A program made the position numbers and the translations under genes. A stretch of DNA of 64,000 nt from Eledone cirrhosa. Taxonomy: Eukaryota. Positions within the stretch are counted from its first letter, which is position 1; each line of letters opens with the position of its first letter. Under the pieces are notes generated by a model. That model worked only from the letters and a program-made list of their open reading frames with translations, did not search any database and had not been told where the DNA came from. Positions 51,062 through 63,971 of the stretch are shown here, one piece after another. The stretch spans positions 122,636,001-122,700,000 of the forward strand of contig OZ024744.1 in assembly GCA_964016885.1 (NCBI GenBank), written 5' to 3'.

Positions 51062-51650
51062 CATGGTGGCTGCCAACTCGTTTTCGAGTACGGCCACTAC
51101 TTTATATCCATGTAGGAGAACGCCTACCGATGCGCTGAACGAGTGTGACTTTTTAGTCCAGCCAGCAACTTGAAAACTCTGGTACAAACACTACGCTTGT
51201 GACAATTATTGACACATAGTGCTGGGCCCATGGTACCCTGTGATAACAAGTGCAGAGAGATCTCCAGATATAAAGCAATGCCTGTGCCGTGAAGCTTTTA
51301 TAGTGAGCAAAGGCACTGCACAAAGCCAGTCCCACTCTCTTAACCAAGATGATATTTACCAAAAAGAAGAACAAGTCAACATCATTGGATACCATCAGGG
51401 TTGCAGGTGTTATATCAGAGTTTCCCTTCTCCTAGAATTCTGCCTTGACAAAGGCTAAGGGGTCATCTCTCCCAGTGATTTTGGATGGCCATTGACTCTT
51501 AAGAGCTCCTTTGCCCTTTGACAGGTTTTGTTTTTAGTCCTGCAGGATGTCCAAAGTCACCCTCCTCACCAAGAAACCTTGGTGGGGTTGCCAGTTTAGT
51601 CGCCAACGACCCGACCATGAAACAGGTTGTACTGGGATACATGTCACCAT
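51062..51650 (-). mobile_element. Short non-autonomous derivative of a BovB-like RTE
   Basis: 5'-UTR blocks shared with 46680-46905, fused to a last zinc finger and the 3' end gccgtactcgaaaacgag...gcagccaccat. Confidence 0.75.
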
Positions 51651-51795
51651 ATATATACATATATACATACATATATACATACATATATATATTACATACA
51701 TATATATACATACATATATTACATACATATATATACATACATACATATACACATATATATATATACATACATATACATACATACATATATACATA

Positions 51796-51829
<34 letters not shown>

Positions 51830-51830
<1 letters not shown>

Positions 51831-52178
51831 CATCATCATCATCATCATTTCATTTTACGTCCGCTTTTTCCCTGCTTGCAAGGGTTGGACGGGAACTGAT
51901 TCTGGCTTGATTTCTACAGCTGGATGCCCTTCCTAACACCAACCTCATTTTCAGTGAGTGCTGGGTGCTTTTTTGCCGTGGCACCTCCACGACCACTTTG
52001 CAGTGGAATGATAGGGACCTCAGTCCCTATCATCTCATTTCTACAGCTGAGTAAACTGGAGCAATGTGAAATAAAGTGTCTTGCTCAAGGAAACAACACA
52101 TCACCCGGTTTGAGAATTGAACTCACAACCTTTTGATTGCAAGGCCAATGCTCTAACCACTAAGCCATGTGCCTCCAT
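51830..52178 (-). mobile_element. SINE family B copy
   Basis: Near-identical to 50628-50979. Confidence 0.85.
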
Positions 52179-52213
52179 ATATACATACATATATATATAT
52201 ATATACATACATA

Positions 52214-52268
<55 letters not shown>

Positions 52269-52878
52269 ATGGTGGCTGCCAACTCGTTTTCGAGTACGGC
52301 CACTACTTTATATCCATATAGGAGAACCCCTACCGATGCGCTGAACGAGTGACTTTTTAGTCCAGCCAGCGACTTGAAAACTCTGGTACAAACACTACAC
52401 TTGTGACAAATATTGACACATAGTGCTGGGCCCATGGTACCCTGTGACGACAAGTGCAGAGAGATCTCCAGATATAAAGCAATGCCTGTGCCGTGAAGCT
52501 TTTATAGTGAGCAAAGGCACTGCACAAAGCCAGTCCCACTCTCTTAACCAAGATGATATTTACCAAAAAGAAGAACAAGTCAACATCATTGGATACCATC
52601 AGGGTTGCAGGTGTTATATCAGAGTTTTCCATCTCCTAGAATTCTGCCTTGACAAAGGCTAAGGGGTCATCTCTCCCGGTGATTTTGGATGGCCATTGAC
52701 TCTTAAGAGCTCCTTTGCCCTTTGACAGGTTTTGTTTTTAGTCCTGCAGGATGTCCAAAGTCACCCTCCTCACCAAGAAACCTTGGTGGGGTTGCCAGTT
52801 TAGTCGCCAACGACCCGACCATGGGTCAGGTTGTACTGGGATACATGTTACCAGTAGCACCAACTGGTGACCTGACAT
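52269..52878 (-). mobile_element. Second copy of the short RTE derivative (longer 5' end)
   Basis: Near-identical to 51062-51650; encodes CSVCTRVFKSLAGLKSH. Confidence 0.78.
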
Positions 52879-52895
52879 AATATATATATACATAC

Positions 52896-52982
<87 letters not shown>

Positions 52983-53052
52983 TACATATACATACATATA
53001 TATATACATACATACATACATATATATATACATACATACATACATATATATA

Positions 53053-53430
53053 CTAGCAGTGTATCCCGGCGTTGCACGGGTAAGAACATTGGTAATAGCA
53101 CCTCCAATATGAAACGTTTATTTGTGAGTGCCTGTTAAAAACTCACGAAAATATAGCGACAGGAAACTTGTTTTATTTGGAGAAAATTAAGAAGTTGAAA
53201 GTACAGTTTAGCTGTCTACGTGCATTGTTCATAGAAATATTGTTGAGCCCCTTCTTTTCATACTCCTCTGTTTTGGCCTTTTGGAGTAAATGTGAAAGAG
53301 AAAGCCACAGGTTAAGTTGGCAGAAGGTTCCAGTGTCATAGCAGTAAGGCGTAGGCTACTTACCTCAAAAGTTCATTCGCACTAAGTTACTCTTTTTCTC
53401 TATCCCTCTCGGTGCAGTCCCTTGCGAATT
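53053..53430 (-). mobile_element. Helitron 3' fragment
   Basis: CTAG end with the hairpin region cccgtgcaacgccggg on the minus strand. Inner boundary uncertain. Confidence 0.55.
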
Positions 53431-53442
53431 TCTCGCATATAT

Positions 53443-53550
53443 GCGCGGGGACATAGAAATAGTCGGGCTAGACACCCGATCACGCGGTTAAACCACTGGG
53501 AGTGAAGGACCCCTAGTCTTTGTCAGGGCATTCTTCTAGGAGAAGGCAAC
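53443..53550 (+). mobile_element. Isolated 5' end of the BovB-like RTE
   Basis: Reverse complement of 46850-46955. Confidence 0.75.
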
Positions 53551-54567
53551 TATATATATAAATGGAATGTTCGGTTTGTTTGTAAACAAACAACCCGAAT
53601 TACGCCGTACAGTGCTCGGCAACCATCGTCGACTTTTTGTTCAACACTGACACAGGAACGATGTACTAGTTTCAAGCTTATTAGCTATCGTCAGCATCGT
53701 ATACCTTTCTGTCAGATGATTGAACGTTTGAAAGTATACACTTTCCTTATGCATATTAACGGCTGAGCAGCCTAATTTGCATATCAAATGAGCTAGTCAG
53801 CCGGGCGCACCGAAAACAATAAATGGAAAAGAATGAAACGAAATTTCATTTCTCACTCTTAGTATGGCTGATACTTAAATATAAGTATGTATACGTACAT
53901 ACATATATGTATACAGACGTACAGTAGTGTGTATATACATACATGCACACACATATATATATGTACGTATGGGTTTACCGAACATCTATTTATTAATTTC
54001 AAGAACGTCAGTATTCCGTGTGTCAATTTTCGATTATCATTGGTTCATTGGTTTCAAACGACTCCGCCCACCTCAACGACGCCAGACTGAACTTAATATG
54101 CATAATGCCAATGAGGGAGTGAGAGGGGAGAGTGTGAACGCTGTGTTCAATAACTATTAACATGCGTGCGTGTGTATGTACGTACGCGTATCTTTGTGTG
54201 TGTGCGTGCGTACAGCGTTCCACAGAAAGTAAAAACTATCAACATGTGTGAGTGTGTGCGTGTGTAGGTTTGCGTGCGCTTTTCCATGCGTGTATGTGTG
54301 TGGCGTTCCACAATCGCCACACAGTTTATCTGTCTGTGTGCCTGTCTGTCAGTATAACATACACAGAGTTGTGAAGGGAGTAAATAGGGACCTTTCTTTA
54401 CATTGACAGACATTTTTTATACACTATCTATATGTGTCAGTGTAGAGACATGTGTGTGTGTGATGTGTGTGGAAATAAGAGGGAAGGAAATCAATAACTA
54501 TTAACATGTGTGCGTGTATACTACATTTCTAGTTTTATAGTTAATATGGGGGCTTAGTTTACAGATT

Positions 54568-55270
54568 ATGCATTTCTGTATTAACTGTAAAACTAAAGAT
54601 GTAGTATATAGCATAAGATGTACTGAAGGACAATGTAAAGATAATAATATAGTGTACATAGGTGAGACAGCTCGTAGTATAAGAGAACGGTTAAATGAAC
54701 ACTGGCGAGAACTTCAAGATAAAAAAAGAATCATCAATACTCCACCAACATGCTAAAATAGAACATAAGGGCAAATTAGAGAACAGAAATAAAAATAGAA
54801 TCTACACACAGAAAAGACGCAATGTTTAGACAAATCACAGAGGCAATAAACATAAATGAACTCCAACCAAAATTAAATAGAAAACATGAATGGAATAGCA
54901 ACATCACAACTTACAATTAAGGACAAAATGAAAACACACACACTCATAGAATAAACAACCAACCAGTAACATGTAAATAAACAAATTAAAACACACAGAC
55001 ACCCGGATGTAACACATGCGCAAACTAAACACACAACACACACAAAAACAAGCTGGCGTAGGACAGAACAAAGGAGAGGCACAAAACAAAGAAAAGAATC
55101 CCCAGTCACTGAATAGGTCACAGAATGTGTGACGAAAGAACTTTGACAATATATGAACAACCGTCTGGCTATGGAACCAAACGGAAATTTATAAATTCTT
55201 AAATTTATAATAAATTGGAGTGAAAGCAACTAGTGCGTGTATTTCTTATTGGCAACATGACCCTCCCAAA
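54568..55270 (+). mobile_element. Penelope-like element 3' fragment (GIY-YIG endonuclease plus pLTR)
   Basis: NCKTKDVVYSIRC...C..VYIGETARSIRERLNEH and, after frameshifts, ITEAININELQPKLN. A hammerhead motif lies downstream and the element ends in (TA)n. Confidence 0.85.
55105..55147 (+). ncRNA. Hammerhead motif with a variant core (CTGAATA)
   Basis: GTCA ctgaata g GTCACA gaatg TGTGAC GAAA gaact t TGAC. Confidence 0.68.
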
Positions 55271-55274
55271 GCAT

Positions 55275-55314
<40 letters not shown>

Positions 55315-55411
55315 GTATTATTAAGGCTAGGAGTTTCGTTTGATTTGGTATTGAGTGCTCTTTTCTCTCGGCCGTCAATTACATATGGATACATATACAT
55401 ATATTATATGG

Positions 55412-55452
<41 letters not shown>

Positions 55453-55554
55453 TATCTATATATCATACACTGTATTTCGGCTCTGTAATATACTTGTTAT
55501 CTTACATCGAGCTATTTACATACTTGTAACTGGGTAATATTTATTATTAACCAC

Positions 55555-55601
<47 letters not shown>

Positions 55602-56051
55602 GAAAGTATGTATGTATGTATACGTACATACATATATGTATACAGACGTACAGTAGTATGTATATATATATATATATATATATATACGTATCGGTTTACC
55701 GATACGTGCATATATATATATATGTGTGCATGTATGTATATATATATATACATACATACTTACATTTAAGTAAGTGCCGTCTTAGAGTGAGAAAAGAAAT
55801 TTCGTTTTATTCTATTACATATATATATATTATACACGCACATAGCAGAAATCAAAGGTTCGAGCCTACTACATTTTCCGTTAGACAAGGTGGGGGCCGA
55901 CTCATGAGTTGAGTGAAATTAAGTAAAGGAAAACGGGGTAGAATGTACCCGTATTTCAAAGGCGCAGCCTTGTTCACATTGTGTCATGCTGTTTCACTTA
56001 AGGGATTACGCTAAGGCTGTATAATTGCATATACACATATTAATACTGTTA

Positions 56052-56082
<31 letters not shown>

Positions 56083-56121
56083 GAAACATTCGGGACACCG
56101 GCGGCTGATCTGCCAATTCAT

Positions 56122-56155
<34 letters not shown>

Positions 56156-56235
56156 CATACATGGAAAAAATGAAATTTCATTTCTCACTCTTAGTACGGC
56201 TGATATATACATACTTATATATATATGTGTATGTA

Positions 56236-56301
<66 letters not shown>

Positions 56302-56871
56302 AAAGAGTGCCGGGAGATTGAGCTGATGCTCTCGAACTAGCACAAACTCAGCCGGCGGGCACTACCTCTTTACAATATATATATATATATTATTACTAAA
56401 TCTCAGCGGGTTACACATTTTAATCTAACCTCCGAGATTCTGGTAATCAACTTTTTTTTCGGAGAACGTCTGGGGTGGAGGAGCAGCCCCTACCCCAGAC
56501 GAAATCAAGAGGGGTGTTCTATAAATGTACCTGTATATACACATATATATATACACACACACACTTATACATACACACACATATACATATAGATACACAC
56601 ATATACATATAGATATACACACACACACACGTATATATACATACATGTATACACAAACACACTGTATACACAAACGCACACACAATGTATACACAAACGC
56701 ACACACATGTATACACAAACGCACACATGTATACACAAACGCACACACACATATATATAAACATAAACGCACACACATGTATACACATAAACGCACACAC
56801 ATGTATACACATAAACGCTCGCACACTATATATATATATATATATGTGTGTGCAGAGAAGCTTCTAACATA

Positions 56872-57000
56872 GAAATTTAATATGGAAAATCGTCTTCAGC
56901 AACACATGTATGAAGGAATATCTCTTCCTTATATATATATATAAGGAAGAGATATTCCTTCATACATGTGTTGCTGAAGACGATTTTCCATATTAAATTT
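56872..57000. repeat. Perfect palindrome centred on (TA)n
   Basis: aaatttaatatggaaaatcgtcttcagc...cctta(ta)n taagg...gctgaagacgattttccatattaaattt. Confidence 0.95.
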
Positions 57001-57051
57001 ATGTTATATATATACAAAATATAAAACAATCAAATTTTTGCCTAATACAAT

Positions 57052-57098
57052 TGCTGACGATCGTTTCTTCCAGACAACTGTCTGGTTTCTTCGTAGCA
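57052..57098 (-). ncRNA. Hammerhead-shaped motif with a non-canonical core (ACGAAGA)
   Basis: TGCT acgaaga aa CCAGAC agtt GTCTGG aa GAAA CGATCG TC AGCA. Confidence 0.5.
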
Positions 57099-57277
57099 TA
57101 CACGATGTTTAAACAAGTAATTATAATTCTAATCCTCAGAACATTCACAAAGATACATTATTATTGACAGTGTCAGTGACATCATATTGAAAAGCAAGTG
57201 ATAAAATGATATTATGTTATACAGATATCAAAGTATTAGGAGCTATTGTGAAGAGTGAAAATATTGAGCATATTAAA

Positions 57278-58236
57278 TACTAGACATGAAAAATGCGCAA
57301 GCTCAAAGGTGCCACAGAATGTTATAATAAACCTTCAAAAGTGTGGGACTAGAGTTGTTGCTAAAAAATATTGTAATCATTATATATCGTACATTCTGTG
57401 GCATCCTTTATAAAAATAGCTTAAACCAACGAAGCCTTTATTTTTACGCTATTTCACTTAGTTAATTCTTAGAGTGTAACATATAAAAATATGATTTACA
57501 ACTATAAAATAAATTAATTAATATAATAACAGAGCTGCGGAGCTGAAATTTAGGAAATAATGGAGTATCGGATCCTGAGTTGGAGCCAGTCAATTTTTGG
57601 CCGACTCCGCAGCCCTGTATAATACATTTCATATTAAAGTTATTAATAAACCTATTTTACACTGCATGCAAATTACCATGAGATATTGATATTAGATATA
57701 AGATACAGCGCAATATCTACAGCTGTAAAAGTACGAAAGCGAAGTAATAATAAGTGGCTTAAGGTAATTCCAATATGAAAGTTTGTAGTGATAAAAATTT
57801 GATAATGCAATACGATTGTTAATATTATAGTTCTATGAAAATGTAACAATAGATAACTAAATTATTTTACTATTAGTATATTTAAGAAATTATCATTATA
57901 GATTTGATCGTTCATATAAGCATCATATTAATTTTCAACACGATTATTTTGTTACTATGAGTATATGATAATAATATTACGTAATTATTTATAGCTGTTA
58001 TTACATTAAACATAGATGTATTTATTTTTATATGTTACACTCTAAGAATTAACTAAGTGAAATAGCGTAAAAATAAAGGCTTCGTTGGTTTAAGCTATTT
58101 TTATAAAGGATGCCACAGAATGTACGATATATAATGATTACAATATTTTTTAGCAACAACTCTAGTCCCACACTTTTGAAGGTTTATTATAACATTCTGT
58201 GGCACCTTTGAGCTTGCGCATTTTTCATGTCTAGTT
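57278..58236. repeat. Long inverted repeat, arms of about 213 bp (57278-57490 / 58024-58236)
   Basis: The arms are exact reverse complements by eye. The spacer contains a small MITE-like piece, cagagctgcggag...ctccgcagccctg (57530-57617). Confidence 0.93.
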
Positions 58237-59421
58237 TAATATTTTTTTAAGGCAACGCTTGTAATAACTCTAGTTAAACAGGATATATATTAATAATAAA
58301 TTATCGTTGTAATGTAATTAGATTATGTAATTGTTATTATAAATTATCTTATAAATATTAGTGTAAGATGTATAAAAATATTTTCAGACTTTTAATATAA
58401 ACAACTACAAAAAACAATCAATATTAAATCAATATATTATACATAATAGAAAACATAAAATAAACAATACAAAAACAAAATATTTACATACAATTGCAAT
58501 TATCAGTGTATATACATTTTCTTTATATTCCCTGAGCAAATTAATAAGATTTGTTTTTATTGTACATAATTTGATGACTTGTTGGAGTGTATTAAAAGAT
58601 AGCAACAATTTGTGATTAAATTGTTATCTTAAGCAACTCACTTTTTAACAGTTGTTGGCTGAGCGAAATTGTAAAAGCCTATGAGCAAATATAAAAAAAA
58701 ATACACAAACAACATTTCCTTGTGTTAACATTAGATAAAATAATTGAGCAATGTCGTTATATTTTGCTCTTATTGCACATTAATAGTGTTTCTATTTTTC
58801 GGCACAAATCCATTACGGCAGTCCATTACTGGTACTTTATTTTATCGAATTAGTAAGTATGAAAGTCGAAGTTAACCTCGGCAGGATTTGAACTTAGAAT
58901 GCAAAGGACCATAACAATACTGCAAAGCATGGTGTCTGACGCTCTACCAATACTTGTGTTGAGCTGGTCATTAATTTATGGTGGTCGTGCGTGGAGTAGA
59001 GCAATCGCTAGTTGAAATATTATGAACAAAACATTTTTATTTGCCGAAGAACATATTTTCAATACTGTTTGTGAATGTGACGAAGGAAATACATTCTGAT
59101 ATGGAACAGTGTACAAAGTGTGTCTGTGAATAACATAATGTTACCTCATGTTGTTGTCAAGACATAATGGATTTCGTATATCCAGTTAGAAGATGAAACC
59201 TAGCCATCTCGGATTAGTTATATTTCATGCCATGTGTAAACGTGTTTGAGGATAGCAAAATATGCGTGTTTCTTGTCTGGAAACTTTTTGCTAAACTGAT
59301 TGGTTTCGTTTTTGGCACTATACAATACTCATCCAACAGATAGCTGTATTGGATCCTTGATTGGTTAATATTTAGGTGAGGGTGCTTGATGCAGAGTTAG
59401 TGCAAAATGGATCAATGAGTG

Positions 59422-60078
59422 TAATAATAATAATGATAATAATAATGAAAATATTGTGTACAATGCTGAGGTGCACTACAACTCATCAAAAGTGCATATA
59501 TAATACATAGGGTAATATAAAAACGTCATGAAAAAAGAACAGTGCATGAGTCATGATATACACATATGTGCATGTGTATGGAAGGGGGACATCAGGTGTA
59601 GTTTTGGTGTATTTCGGAATGTATGATGGTTTTAAAGGATGCAGTGTGTCATCAGCTAACAACTGATCCAGGAAGTTTGTTCCATCCTTCAGCAACTCTG
59701 AGCATGAAGAAATATTTCCTAAAGTCATGGGAGCTGTGTTGTTTTCTGACTTTGTAGGCATGTCCACGTGTTAGACACATGGAGATCAAAAAGGTGTTCG
59801 GGGTTGTTGTTGGTCGGATGGTTAATAACTTTGTGGGTGTTTACCAAGTCCATTGCCAGAGGGAAGCAAAATATTCAGGGTATGGTAGGTGTCTGATGGA
59901 GGGTATGCGCTTGGTTGCATGTCTCTGAACAGTTTCCAGGAGGTCAATGTTCTGAGCAAGATAGGGGTTCCAGACTGATGACGCGAACTCCAAGTGTATT
60001 CGTACCATAGATGTATACAGCTTTAAATAGATGGCTGGAGAGCAGCTAATGAAGGTCTTGCTGATTGATGCCAAGTCA
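59422..60078 (-). mobile_element. CR1/L2-group LINE 3' fragment
   Basis: LYTSMVRIHLEFASSVWNPY...LETVQRHATK followed by a (TTA)n tail. Confidence 0.8.
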
Positions 60079-60286
60079 ATCTTAATAAATTGACTGATTT
60101 ATCTGTTCACTACTGCTAATCCACCGCTGTTTGTACAATTTTTTAGATAATGTCAATTTGAGCTTGAATCATTGGCGTAATGAAATTTGAAAAGATTATA
60201 AGCAAATCTTTTTTAAAATACACAGACAACATTTAACTGTATCGTTGCAACATTAGATCTAATAATGAAGCAACATTTGTGCAGAA

Positions 60287-60751
60287 TTATTGTTTGTGCA
60301 ATAAGATATTTGCAGATCTGTACTTGGTCTGCTCTTTAGCCAACTCGGTACGTTTAGAAGCTCTACGCTCGGCTTGCTTTTGAGATATAATAGCTGAATT
60401 TGCAGATCTATACTTGGCCTGCTTGTTTGCCAACTCATACCGTTTTGAACATCTATACTTGGCCTGTTTTTGTGTTAATTTAGCAAAATTCACAGCTCTA
60501 TAATCGGCCTGTTTTTGTCTCAACTTCTCCCGATTCCGCATCCGGTAAGCTGCTTTCACATCCAATTTAATACGCCCATCTAGATTATTAGCACAGGAAT
60601 GTGAACAAGCTTGTGGGACCGCATCATTGTAAGTATATGAACTGCCTGCAACATCAAGACCCAATTCACAAGTGCAGCGTTGCTCATTCACATCGGCAGT
60701 GGGGACACCAAAATCAGTGACAGGTCTCGATTCACTCGCGAGATACATCAC
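60287..60751 (-). pseudogene. Fragment with 15-aa basic repeats, possibly a Helitron Rep N-terminus
   Basis: QKQADYR / QKQAKYR / NKQAKYR / QKQAERR / KEQTKYR at 15-aa period. Confidence 0.3.
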
Positions 60752-61245
60752 AGCTACACTATATATTTAAACATATATACAGTGATACCTCGCTACTTGG
60801 CGGTTCAACTATCGCGGATTCACGATTTCGCGCATTTTTAGAATATATATATGAACACCTAAAATTTTTCATTAAATCCATTAAAATATTAATAATAAAC
60901 AGTTCTAATCATACGCTATATATATATATAAATATAAGTAATTAATACCGTATAAATGGTACAAAGACTGTTTATGTAAAATGTATTTCTCAACAGAGTA
61001 TTGAATACTTAGGAGAAATTCAAAACGAAGAGTGATAAAATTTCAAGCAAAGAGTTTAATTAGGTAATGACTTACAAATTTGTTTCAGTATATAGACAAA
61101 GCCTGAAGCGCTAATTATAATAATTAGTTAATAATATTACAAAATATATTAATATTATATTAAATATATACTGAAACAAATTTGTAAGTCATTACCTAAT
61201 TAAACTCTTTGCTTGAAATGTTATCATTCTTCGTTTATATATATA

Positions 61246-62065
61246 CTAGCAGTAAAGCCCGGCGTTGCTCGGGGTCGCTCAGTAGCTGTGTTAAAGTTAC
61301 AATGTTAAGTTTCTTTCTTGGCTTAAAAACTGTAGTGTCTACTGTGCAGACTTGCATGTGGTGTTTTTGATTAATATTCCCTCAACCAACAATATGCCTT
61401 ATGAAGTTAAGAAAACATAACGATAACCCGAATGTTATAACAAAAGAGGATGCTGGGGATAGAAACTGCACTGGTTATTTATTAACAAAGATCGAAAATG
61501 TAAACACTGCAACGCAGAGAAAAACATTAGCGTAACCAAATTATCAGTTATGTCTGTCTGCACGCCTATATCACCTCTCTGCACGACTGTCTGTCTGCAC
61601 GCCTGAAATATTTGCTTGTTTTACGTAGTCTTTAAATAGACTTGTTTTCAAGTAAAAATATTGTTTTAAAATGCTTTTAAATGGAAATGAAGCAAAACGG
61701 AAGCTTAGTGTTCGAACTGCTGAATTTTGCAGGTCAATATTTTGCTGGCTCGACAACTGTTCGTTCGTGTATTGTGTTAATGTCATTTTAAACGCTGAGA
61801 AAGCCAGCGTAATTTTTTACGTAAGACGCTCAATGTAAACAGAACAAAGGGAAATAACTGATAACTTACGCTCAAAAATCGATACATTATATTCGATTTC
61901 GTCACATAGGGTGGGTCAATTTGAAATTATTTTTTTTCCGATGTCTTCGCTAGGGCTCAATGTACAAGTATAGCAATTTCGGTGCAATTCCGTGAGAGAT
62001 TCTAAGAGGAGATGTGTGCCAAAAATCGATAGACAGACAGACAACCACAGTTTTATATATATAGA
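61246..62065 (-). mobile_element. Complete non-autonomous Helitron (relative of 49254-50108)
   Basis: Reverse-complement homology, TC 5' end, hairpin and CTAG 3' end. Confidence 0.8.
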
Positions 62066-63428
62066 TATATATATATAGATATATATATAGAGAGAGAGAT
62101 TTATCTAGTCCTTCGCTCAAGATTAATCTATAAGTTTAGATGTCTGCCTTCGTTTAAGTAAATATTACAGTAAGATTTTTAATATAAACAACTACAAAAA
62201 ACAATTAATATTAAAACGAAAAAATTATCAATGATAAAAGAAGCGGATGCAACTTTTTTTTTTATAAAGTTATATTCCTGTTTCTTTAAAGAACATTTCA
62301 TTTTTGTTCTATTGTAGGCGAAATAATGCAATGGTTTAATAGGGAAGATATAACTTACCAATTATGTCTCTAACCGTGTAACGCTTTTTAAGTAGATAAC
62401 TACAATTGAAAATACTAAAGAAATGGAACCAACAATTCAATTTGAAAGTCGTCTACTTATAGTGACAGTGTATTACTGGTACTTTATTTTATCGACCCCG
62501 TAACGATGAAATGCAAATGCTTAAAATTTAAATTGCCTTAATTCTATCGTCTGCTGTTTCATTAAAGGGAGATTCTCGTCTGTATTTAATTCTATCGTCT
62601 ACTGTTCCACTAAACAGATATACCACCACTATCGTCTCTATTTATACATTTTAACTTATAACTTATACACATTTGATTTGAAATATTTTATCTAGTCCCC
62701 CCTCTCAATATTATGATGATTTCTTTCGAATGAAACAGTTCTAGTCCTGTAGAAGCCATTTATATATATAATTGAACTGAGTTAAAAATTCACAATATTT
62801 ATAATTAAATAAGCTCATATATATATGTGTGTATTTATCTGTTTATTGTATTATATATAATGTGTGTATATACAGGATGTCCCCCCAAAATATATACACA
62901 CTTCAACAGCATTCTAATAACTATTGCCTGTACAGGTAATCAAAGTGTCAATCGAATGTTAGTTTCGTGTTTTAACAGTACAAATTTACAATACACACAT
63001 AACACACATAAAACCAGTGTATATACATACATGAGTGTGTATACACATACATGAATGTGTATATACAATATATATGTATATATATATAGACACATATATT
63101 CACGGTGCAACGGAACATTAAAATATAGATGCGGGAGGGGGTGGTATATTTAGGGGCGCTGGGGATAAAGGAGTGTAAAGCGTGTGTAATTGATATATTG
63201 AAGGAGAGGAGCGTGCAGCGATAGAGTAACAAATATATAGAGAGGGGGAGAGATGGTATTGAAGGGGAGGAGTGCAAAGAGTAAGAGAGATATATATAGA
63301 GACGGAACAGATAGAGAGAAACAGGCGTAAGTAACAGTGGAAGAGATATATAGAGAGGGGGAAATGTGTTATTGAAGGGGAGGAGTGTAAAGCGAAAGCA
63401 TAAGATATATATAGAGAGAGGGGGAATA

Positions 63429-63474
<46 letters not shown>

Positions 63475-63634
63475 ACACTTACTCTGATTGGTTGAAAATT
63501 AGCCAATGACATACGATCACCACCACCACGGCTATCCCCGAAAAATTTATGAAGAAGCTAGTCATATATGTTAGAACACGAAAAGTGAACATTCTGTTGT
63601 TTCACACTTTTCGTGTTCTAACAGATACATATAT

Positions 63635-63969
63635 ATCATCATTTCATTTTACGTCCGCTTTTTCCCTGCTTGCAAGGGTGGGACGGGAACCGATTCTGGC
63701 TTGATTTCTACAGCTGGATGCCCTTCCTAACACCAACCTCATTTACAGTGAGTGCTGGGTGCGTTTTTGCTGTGGCACCTCCACGACCACTTTGCAGTGG
63801 AATGATAGGGAGCCCAGTCCCTATCATCTCATTTCTACAGCTGAGTAAACTGGAGCAATGTGAAATAAAGTGTCTTGCTCAAGGAAACAACACATCACCT
63901 GGTCTGAGAATTGAACTCACAACCTTTCGATTGCAAGGCCAATGCTCTAACCACTAAGCCATGTACCTC

Positions 63970-63971
<2 letters not shown>
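63635..63971 (-). mobile_element. SINE family B copy
   Basis: Near-identical to 50628-50979. Confidence 0.85.
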
